A stretch of DNA of 64,000 nt, from the IMG/VR virus record IMGVR_UViG_3300009507_000015. One strand, written 5' to 3'. The position numbers and the translations under genes are program-made. Shown one piece after another: positions 56,816 to 64,000 of the stretch (the first letter of the stretch is position 1; every line of letters begins with the position of its first letter). This stretch comes from an uncultured virus (IMG/VR IMGVR_UViG_3300009507_000015). Its lineage: Duplodnaviria; Heunggongvirae; Uroviricota; Caudoviricetes. The notes beneath the pieces are model-generated. The model worked only from the letters and a program-made list of their open reading frames with translations, had not been told where the DNA came from and did no database searches.

Positions 56816-59800
56816 ATGGCACTAGATCCAAAAATAGCTTCTCTTAAAGCTGCAGGAACATATAGGTTTGAATTTGATAAAAGTCAAGTCGTAAGTATAC
56901 CTGCAAATCAAACTCGATTGGTAGTCGGTTTTTCTAAGACAGGCCCGTTCAATACACCCGTCTTTGTTCCCGATACTTCTTTCTTTAAACAAGTATACGG
57001 TGATATAGATAGAAATTTAGAAAGAAAAGATTCTTTTTTCCACAGAAGCTGTTTATCAGCTCTTGAAAGAGGTCCTATTCTTGCTCTTAATTTATTAAGC
57101 TTAGATGCTACTGATAAAGTTAATGCTGTTCGTTTTGCAACATCTGCAACACCAGAGGCACAAGCTAATATAGGAGCAGACTATGAATACGCAAAATTTT
57201 ATAACAGAGATAAATTTTGGTTTCCATCAACATCAGATTTTTTAACTAATGTTGGGGCAAATCAAGATGTATTAAGTTCATTAACAGTAAATGATTTATT
57301 AGATGTTACTAACTTAGGACAAAATCCTATATCTGTAATCGCTAAAAAATCTGCTGCAACAAACGTTTTACCTTATCAAGTAACTGTTGAGGAATGGTAT
57401 GGTGCTGCAAATGTACCAGGTTTCTTAGATAAAGATAGTTTAATATCTGACTTCTTTGTAGATATCTTTGTATTAAAAGGTAACTTCGGTGGAGACTTTA
57501 GTACTACTACTCCTTATTCAAGGTTTAATTCAGATCCATTATTTCAAAAGTATTTTGATCCAACACAAGGATTAAAAAGAAAAAAGTTTGCAACTGATTC
57601 TACAGATACATTATTACAAGAATTCTTTAATGAAACTGAAGTAACACTACAAGCAACTTATACTGCATGTTTAATTCCGGATTTTGTAGATTTATTAGGT
57701 AATAACCTTTTCGTTGAAAAAGTTGTTAATGCTGATACTGCAAGTACTGGATTATTTGTTACTGTAAATGAAGATTTATTTAGTGGAGATATTTTAATAG
57801 ATGGTGTACCTGGAGGAATTGATATGATAGGACACAATATTGAATATACTCAGGCTACTTCAATCCAAGATGATGTTAATTTCTTATCATACGGTGGATC
57901 AATTGTTTCTGACTTATCTTATGCAAGAACACAAACCTTATCTACAACTGTAGTTAATTCAGCAAGTACAATAACTACTTCTGTTCCTACTGCTGGAGGT
58001 ATACAAATACAACTAGTAAATACTGATGCTACTAAAGATGCTATCTGGGATGCATTCTCAGGAATGAGAGCAAATACGTCTTCATTAGTAGGATCATTTA
58101 TATATGATACTGTAACTACTGAATGGGTACCAGTAACATCTGTACAAACTGTAGGTAATACTGTAACTGTATTATTATCAGATGTAGGTTCAACGCAATT
58201 AGCAGATTTTCCAACAGGTGCTGCTGCAAGTTATACTTATATTAATGAAGCTGACTTTGGATTTGTAAGAAATACAAATGTAAGTGGTGGAGCTGCTGGA
58301 ATTATTGGTTCTTATGGATCAACATTACAAAAGCAATTTGCTAACGGTACTTTAACTGATGGTGATGAAGCAGTTTACAAAGATGCATTAGGAACTTATA
58401 CTTCTTATTTAGCAATGAATTCTATAGACTTTGGATGGATTATTGATGGAGCTGGGGCAACTGCTGCAGGAACTAAGAAAGCAATATCTGATCCAGCATA
58501 TTATTTACCAGCTGTAAGCATTACTCCTTATGAACAAGATTCATTTACTACATTAACGCCACAATCTCAATTTACAATTGATAGCACAGGGCAATTTATT
58601 AAGTCTGATGGTACGGCATTATGGCCAGTAAATACTTTAGGTGTACAAACACTAAAAGGTGCTCTTAACCTTACTGTAGATATTATAGGTGATTCATTAA
58701 ACGAACCAACATTAAAGCCAAATGAAATTCTTATTGCAACAACTTCACCAGAACTTGCTGATATTGTTGTAGGAAATTATATGGTACATTTTGAAGGTTC
58801 TGCTACAATACCACATTCTAGGTTAACAAGAATAAACATTGTAGAAGGTGGATTAACTCCTTCGGAATATGCAATTATTCCTGCAGGAACAACTGCCATT
58901 AAAGTAACATGTCAATCTGAGGTTAGTGTAACTGCACAAGGTGCTTTAAAAACAGTAGAGGTTTATTATCCAATTGATTCTTGGGTAGATTACCTTAATG
59001 TATTTGAATTACCTGGGTTTGCATTAGATTCAACTAAACATGTACCTGATGGAACAAATTCTAGACAGAATAAATGTTTAAGTCCAATATTAGGTGGAAC
59101 TAATTTATATAAAGCTTTAATCGACAGAGAAACAATTAACTTCCGTTATGTAGTAGATACTTATGGAAATGGAATTGAAGCAAACTGTAAAGCTATTTAT
59201 ACAAATTTATGTATGAGTAGAAAAAATGCATTTGCTATTGTAAATTCTCCATCAGCTAAAGACTTTAAGAAAAATACAGATCCAAGTTTCTCTGATGCAA
59301 CTGGAGGGTTATCCTCTAAGTTTATATCTGAAGGTGGAAACCTTGCACTGAATCCAACAATTAGATTCTCGTTACCTGCTGCAACAAGCGGTGGTTCATG
59401 GGGAGGGTATTATTATCCATTCTTAACTGTTAGAGATTTAGGTAAGAACATAAGTGTACCACCTGCAGCATATGTATCAAATAACTTTATTCTTAAATAT
59501 GAAAACGCATTACCTTGGTCAATCGTAGCAGGTGTAAGACGTGGAGTAATAGGTGGAAATGGAGTTGTAGGATTAGAGATTAATCTTGACCAAGAAGACA
59601 GATTCTTCCTAGAGCCATTCGGAATCAATCCAATTGTATTCCAAAGTGGAACAGGACCAACTATCTTTGCAAATAAAACTGCTCAGCAAGTTCCAAAATC
59701 TGCTTTAAGTTCAATTAATGTTAGAGAGGTTGTAATTTACATCCAAGATGGTATTGAAGCAATTCTTAAAAACTACTTATTTGAATTTAATACAGCTCAA

Positions 59801-60034
59801 ACAAGATTAGAGATTAAAACATTAGCTGATAACTTCTTAGCAACTGTTCAAAATGATGATGGTGTTTATGATTATAGAAATATAATGGATGAAACCAATA
59901 ACACACCAGAGGTCATTGATCAAAATGTAGGTATCCTAGATACATATATTGAACCAACGAGAGGAATGGAAATTCTTGTACAAAGAACAACTATTTTAAG
60001 AACTGGTGCAATTAGTACAGGAAACTTTCAATAA
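56816..60034 (+). CDS. gp18: Contractile tail sheath protein (enlarged, 1072 aa)
   Basis: GFSKTGPFN, PWSIVAGVRRG, INPI, SSINVRE, LFEFN. Confidence 0.92.
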   Translation: MALDPKIASLKAAGTYRFEFDKSQVVSIPANQTRLVVGFSKTGPFNTPVFVPDTSFFKQVYGDIDRNLERKDSFFHRSCLSALERGPILALNLLSLDATDKVNAVRFATSATPEAQANIGADYEYAKFYNRDKFWFPSTSDFLTNVGANQDVLSSLTVNDLLDVTNLGQNPISVIAKKSAATNVLPYQVTVEEWYGAANVPGFLDKDSLISDFFVDIFVLKGNFGGDFSTTTPYSRFNSDPLFQKYFDPTQGLKRKKFATDSTDTLLQEFFNETEVTLQATYTACLIPDFVDLLGNNLFVEKVVNADTASTGLFVTVNEDLFSGDILIDGVPGGIDMIGHNIEYTQATSIQDDVNFLSYGGSIVSDLSYARTQTLSTTVVNSASTITTSVPTAGGIQIQLVNTDATKDAIWDAFSGMRANTSSLVGSFIYDTVTTEWVPVTSVQTVGNTVTVLLSDVGSTQLADFPTGAAASYTYINEADFGFVRNTNVSGGAAGIIGSYGSTLQKQFANGTLTDGDEAVYKDALGTYTSYLAMNSIDFGWIIDGAGATAAGTKKAISDPAYYLPAVSITPYEQDSFTTLTPQSQFTIDSTGQFIKSDGTALWPVNTLGVQTLKGALNLTVDIIGDSLNEPTLKPNEILIATTSPELADIVVGNYMVHFEGSATIPHSRLTRINIVEGGLTPSEYAIIPAGTTAIKVTCQSEVSVTAQGALKTVEVYYPIDSWVDYLNVFELPGFALDSTKHVPDGTNSRQNKCLSPILGGTNLYKALIDRETINFRYVVDTYGNGIEANCKAIYTNLCMSRKNAFAIVNSPSAKDFKKNTDPSFSDATGGLSSKFISEGGNLALNPTIRFSLPAATSGGSWGGYYYPFLTVRDLGKNISVPPAAYVSNNFILKYENALPWSIVAGVRRGVIGGNGVVGLEINLDQEDRFFLEPFGINPIVFQSGTGPTIFANKTAQQVPKSALSSINVREVVIYIQDGIEAILKNYLFEFNTAQTRLEIKTLADNFLATVQNDDGVYDYRNIMDETNNTPEVIDQNVGILDTYIEPTRGMEILVQRTTILRTGAISTGNFQ

Positions 60035-60074
60035 GAAGTAACTAAAGACGAATATATAAAAAAACAAATAAAAT

Positions 60075-60629
60075 ATGCCACTACCACATTATACCCAATC
60101 AAGGGCCAGTAGCCAAAGGTACGAACCTATTCAGCCTAACCTATTTGAGGTGACTGTATTTTCACCACTAGGGGATGATACGGGTTTAATCTTAGAGCAA
60201 GTAAAATCAATCGGAGGATTAAATAACTTAAATCCATCTATTGATGCTATAAATCAAAAATATAAGTTTGCTGATAGATCTTATGCAGGTATGCCAGCTC
60301 AGACGTTTGTTGATTTAACCATGAACTTTACTCTTAATTTGAATGAAGCTAATGAAAACTACATTTATAATACTTTCCGTAATTGGAATAACTTAATCTA
60401 TGATCCATTAACTGGTGAAATGGGATTAAAGAAAGATTATATAGGAAGTATGATTGTAGTTCAATATAACAGAGCAGGTGATATTTTCAGAAAGATTACA
60501 TTTAAAGATGTATTCCCAACTGGACAACCTGATTTTGTGGATGAATTGAATTATGAAACTCAAGATGCAGCTGAATTAACAATGACTTATCGTTGTGATC
60601 ACTGGGTTGAAGAGAACGTAGGAGCATAA
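60075..60629 (+). CDS. gp19: Tail tube protein
   Basis: NLFEV, W..LIYDP.TG..G.KKDY, FP, D.W; follows the sheath gene. Confidence 0.88.
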   Translation: MPLPHYTQSRASSQRYEPIQPNLFEVTVFSPLGDDTGLILEQVKSIGGLNNLNPSIDAINQKYKFADRSYAGMPAQTFVDLTMNFTLNLNEANENYIYNTFRNWNNLIYDPLTGEMGLKKDYIGSMIVVQYNRAGDIFRKITFKDVFPTGQPDFVDELNYETQDAAELTMTYRCDHWVEENVGA

Positions 60630-60641
60630 ATTTTAAATATT

Positions 60642-60675
60642 AAACTGGGAATATTAAAGTATTCCCAGTTTTTTT
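60642..60675 (+). terminator. Intrinsic terminator
   Basis: aaactgggaata...tattcccagttt followed by a T-run. Confidence 0.85.
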
Positions 60676-60716
60676 GCTTACTCCCTAATATATAATATAA
60701 AATATATAATATAGAA

Positions 60717-61187
60717 ATGATAATCTATAAATTACAACAGCAAAAAACAAACAAGGTTTATGTAGGGTATTCTATAAACGATAACCCAAATAACCTTGGA
60801 TCAGGCAAATACATCAAAAGAGCAGTTAGAGATTTTGGAACTAAAGCTTTTAATAGAGAAGTTCTAGAAATTTTTGAAGGCAATGAACCTTTAAGTGATG
60901 TTTTAAAAAGAGTGGAATATTGGATTGGTAAATTTAAATCTGATAATCCTAAATATGGTTTCAATGAAACTGTACAAGAACTTATTCCTCAAAAGAAAAG
61001 GCTTACTAAAAAATTACAAGTTTTATTAACACCTGAAGATGAGGATAGTCTAAATACAATAATTATACAAAAATCAATGGAAACTGGTATAAAACCTGTA
61101 GCAATTTCTAGATATGTAAGACAGTTAATAGTAGAGCATATTGTTGATGAAAATAAAATTGAAAAACAATTAATAAAAAATAATTAA
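60717..61187 (+). CDS. GIY-YIG (Seg-like) domain with C-terminal ribbon-helix-helix-like domain
   Basis: IIYK...VYVG, GSG, E and GFN; C-terminal LQVLLTPEDEDSL...ISRYVRQLI. Confidence 0.7.
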   Translation: MIIYKLQQQKTNKVYVGYSINDNPNNLGSGKYIKRAVRDFGTKAFNREVLEIFEGNEPLSDVLKRVEYWIGKFKSDNPKYGFNETVQELIPQKKRLTKKLQVLLTPEDEDSLNTIIIQKSMETGIKPVAISRYVRQLIVEHIVDENKIEKQLIKNN

Positions 61188-61189
61188 AA

Positions 61190-62188
61190 ATGTCAAAAGA
61201 GCACGAAGAAAATATTAAGAAAGAATTTGCTGCTGCTGAAGGTATTGCAGTAGAAGCTACAGAAACTCCTAAAGAAACAGTTAAGGAATTAGGTAAAGTT
61301 GATGTTAACAGACAAATGGATAAAATTACGTCTGATGATGTAGAAATAAAAAGATTAAATGCATTAGTAGGATATACTAAATTAGATCTTACTACATTCC
61401 CATCAAGAGGTAAATTTTATAGAGATGATTTTGAAATTCATATCAGGCCTGCAAGAGTTGCTGAAATTAGAGCGTTTTCTACAATAGACGAAAACAATTT
61501 AAAAGAAGTAGATGATGGATTAAATAATATTGTACTATCATGTAGTAAAGTACAATATGGAAATCAAAGAGGATCTTATAAAGATGTTCTTGAAGAAGAC
61601 AGGATTTATTTAATTTTGTCAATTAGAGAATTAACATTTAAAACAGGAGAACAAACATTAATGATGCCTGTTGGAAAAAAATCATGTAAAACTAATAATT
61701 GTAAAGCACAAGAATCTGTTGAATTGAGAACAAACAATTTACAATTTAATACTATCGTTGATTCAATTGAAAAATATTATGATGATGCTGATAGGTGTTA
61801 TTCTATAACTACAAAAAATTATGGCATGATTAAATTGGCACCACCTACAATCGGTGTTATGAGAGCTATAACTGATTATATCAGAACTAGGGAAGAAAAA
61901 AATCAAAGCTGGGATAAATCTACACTAGCTATCTTGCCTTACTTACAGAGAGAATGGCGAGGATGGCAAGAAAAAGATATATTTTCTTTAATTACCTCCT
62001 TTCAAGGATGGGATGCTACAAAATATACAATTGTGTATAGGTTAGCTGAAGATTTAAAAATCGGTGTAAAGCCGGAGATGGGATTCCCATGTCAAAGCTG
62101 CGGTGAGGAGGTCACCGTTCCGCTCACGTTTCCCGGCGGTATCAAGGCTATGTTCATTATTCCAGATATCTCTGCTGAACTTCTTTAA
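61190..62188 (+). CDS. Baseplate hub / tail assembly chaperone (gp26-like)
   Basis: LPS-like FPSRG, RP, D..YLILSIR, two Cys pairs; sits between tube and tape measure. Confidence 0.65.
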   Translation: MSKEHEENIKKEFAAAEGIAVEATETPKETVKELGKVDVNRQMDKITSDDVEIKRLNALVGYTKLDLTTFPSRGKFYRDDFEIHIRPARVAEIRAFSTIDENNLKEVDDGLNNIVLSCSKVQYGNQRGSYKDVLEEDRIYLILSIRELTFKTGEQTLMMPVGKKSCKTNNCKAQESVELRTNNLQFNTIVDSIEKYYDDADRCYSITTKNYGMIKLAPPTIGVMRAITDYIRTREEKNQSWDKSTLAILPYLQREWRGWQEKDIFSLITSFQGWDATKYTIVYRLAEDLKIGVKPEMGFPCQSCGEEVTVPLTFPGGIKAMFIIPDISAELL

Positions 62189-62438
62189 AGTCAGAGTATT
62201 ACTTTTAGAAAAGTTGCATCTCCAGCCTTCAGAGCTGGATTTGCTTCCTTTCTATGAATATGAGTATACATTAGAAATTTATAATGATTTACTAAAAGAG
62301 CGTAATAAGCAAGAGCAACAAAATACTAAAGACACTCAGGATAAATACAATATGGATGGCTTAAAAAGCCAGGCTTCTAGTCAAATGAAAGGTATGAAAG
62401 CACCAAAGATGCCTTCATTAAAAATGCCTAAATTGTAA
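62103..62438 (+). CDS. Overlapping ORF in the +1 frame, probable frameshift extension of the upstream chaperone
   Basis: SLLNFFK...PSELDLLPFYEYE motif; no ATG until near the end. Confidence 0.6.
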   Translation: MRRSPFRSRFPAVSRLCSLFQISLLNFFKVRVLLLEKLHLQPSELDLLPFYEYEYTLEIYNDLLKERNKQEQQNTKDTQDKYNMDGLKSQASSQMKGMKAPKMPSLKMPKL

Positions 62439-62452
62439 AAAATAAACCTTAA

Positions 62453-64000
62453 ATGGCTGCCGTAACTTTAAAAGATTTAATGGACCCTCTAAAGAAAATA
62501 GAGGCTGCCGCCAATGAAACCAATGAAAAGTTAGATGCTCTTATTGCAGTCTCTACTGGTGGTAATGATGGTGGTGGATCAATGGCCATTATAAGTGAAT
62601 TACAAACTCAAACTCTATTGCTTCAACAAATAGCGGCAAGTTCCGCTGATGAGGCGGAGTATTCCAGTAGAAATTTAAGCAATTTTATTTTTACTCGTTT
62701 GCACAGAAAGAAACTATTATCAGCACTAAAAGAAAAAAATGAAGAAGATGCTGCAGGTGGCGGTGCTCCTGCAGGTGGTGGAGGTGGTAAACTAGCTGAT
62801 TTAAAAGCATTAGGTATAGGATCTATTAAAACTGCAATGGGAATGATTCTTTGGGCAGTTGTACCTAAGAAAGGTGTAGAGAAATTTGCCAATTTTATTG
62901 AAACCACATTTACTAAATTAGCAGAACAAGATTCCAAAAAAGTTAAAGAAGGTATTGAGTCATTAGATATGATGGGTGGTGCAATATTTAAATTTGCAAA
63001 AAGTTTAGCATTAGCCACACCACTTTTATTAATCGGTGCATTAGGAATTCCTATTTTATACTTAACTACTATATTGGTTACTCCATTATTTCTTTTACTA
63101 GGAATGGCGGAAAAACAAATTAAAGGTGGTGGAGAAGCTATGGCTGATATGGGTATGGGATTGGTCAAATTTGCAGCCGGTTTAGCGCTCTTTGCTTTAG
63201 TATCTTATTTTGTTATGCAAGGCGGACTGCCTCTAATGATGACTATGGCTGGATCTATAATATTAATAGGTGGTGCCGTAGCTCTTTTAGGTTTAGTTGA
63301 TAAACAAGTTAAGAAAGGTTCTGTTGCTTTAGCTATGATGGGTATTGGTTTAGCAGTATTTGGTTTAGGATATGCAGCCTATGCAGGATTAATTGCATTA
63401 ACAGCTCCAACATTAGGTGATATAGCATTACAAGCAGGAATATTAGTAGGGCTAGGAATAGCAACTGCTTTATTAGGATTTGCATTTTCTTTTATAATAC
63501 AAGGTGCACTTTCAATGGTTGCCATGGGTGTTGGTTTATTAGTCTTTGGTTTAGGATATATTCCATTTGCTCATGCTACTAAAGATACTACAATGGAAGA
63601 TGTTGGGGTACAGGGTGCATTATTATTAATGTTAGGTTTAGAATTTGCAGCAGCAGGATTAGGCGCATTATTTATTATACCAGGAGCTCTAGCGTTTGCA
63701 GCAATCGGTGGTGCACTGTTATTATTAGCACCGGGATTAGCAGCTATTCAAAAAGTTAACTTTACAGAAAAAGATGCTGTTAAACTAACAACAACATTAG
63801 CTGGTGTAAAAACGGCATTTATAGGGCCTCCTAAAGGTGGAGGAATAAAAGGAATATTTGCAAGCATAGGTGGCGCAATAAGCGGTGGAGCAGATGCTGT
63901 TGCTATGGTATCAGCTGCCGCAGGTTTTGCAGCAGCAGGTAAAGCATTAAGTTTATTATCAGTAGGATTAAAAGATTATCAAAAACTAGATTGGACTGAT
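62453..64000 (+). CDS. Tape-measure-like protein, 3'-truncated by the window (not in ORF track)
   Basis: ATG 62453 MAAVTLKDLMDPL...; long Ala/Gly/Leu-rich hydrophobic helices; position after tube and chaperone. Confidence 0.8.
   Translation, partial: MAAVTLKDLMDPLKKIEAAANETNEKLDALIAVSTGGNDGGGSMAIISELQTQTLLLQQIAASSADEAEYSSRNLSNFIFTRLHRKKLLSALKEKNEEDAAGGGAPAGGGGGKLADLKALGIGSIKTAMGMILWAVVPKKGVEKFANFIETTFTKLAEQDSKKVKEGIESLDMMGGAIFKFAKSLALATPLLLIGALGIPILYLTTILVTPLFLLLGMAEKQIKGGGEAMADMGMGLVKFAAGLALFALVSYFVMQGGLPLMMTMAGSIILIGGAVALLGLVDKQVKKGSVALAMMGIGLAVFGLGYAAYAGLIALTAPTLGDIALQAGILVGLGIATALLGFAFSFIIQGALSMVAMGVGLLVFGLGYIPFAHATKDTTMEDVGVQGALLLMLGLEFAAAGLGALFIIPGALAFAAIGGALLLLAPGLAAIQKVNFTEKDAVKLTTTLAGVKTAFIGPPKGGGIKGIFASIGGAISGGADAVAMVSAAAGFAAAGKALSLLSVGLKDYQKLDWTD

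Noticed and set aside
62623..63168. 181-aa minus-strand ORF
   Set aside because: Antisense to the tape-measure-like gene
1..64000. tRNA/rRNA genes, integrase, transposase, alternative genetic code
   Set aside because: None recognised. Intergenic gaps are short, and conserved genes translate full-length with the standard code, using TAA, TAG and TGA as stops.

Overview
This is a 64-kb, AT-rich (roughly 30% GC by eye), gene-dense segment of a large T4-superfamily myovirus genome. Every convincing gene but one is on the + strand. The host is inferred to be Bacteroidota, from an Hc1-type nucleoid protein, a short ATP-cone-less NrdA, no Shine-Dalgarno signals and TAnnTTT-type promoters. From left to right the window holds: the 3' end of a giant collagen-like gene; small accessory genes including a secreted beta-barrel/thioredoxin-like trio; a sigma70-like factor; a NEIL1-like glycosylase; a dimeric dUTPase; the N-half of a split family B DNA polymerase; nrdB/nrdA; a KdsA + PglF/D/E sugar cluster; a HAD/kinase/nucleotidyltransferase/T4-BGT-like/epimerase/atypical C5-methyltransferase operon; the sliding clamp and polymerase C-half; glycosyltransferases; UvsX, helicase and gp46/47; and the head, packaging and tail modules, ending in a truncated tape-measure-like gene. 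The best candidates for new biology are: (1) a DNA-cytosine hypermodification operon that pairs a BGT-like glycosyltransferase with a C5-MTase whose SAM-binding motifs are remodelled; (2) a glycosyltransferase fusion that needs slippage on an A9 run; (3) a glycosylase colinear with animal NEIL1; (4) an unannotated 21-aa, 9-Cys metallothionein-like peptide; (5) a +1/-2 recoding candidate in the tail-chaperone position; (6) three readable promoter classes alongside two phage sigma factors. All family calls come from motif recognition by eye; no database searches were run.
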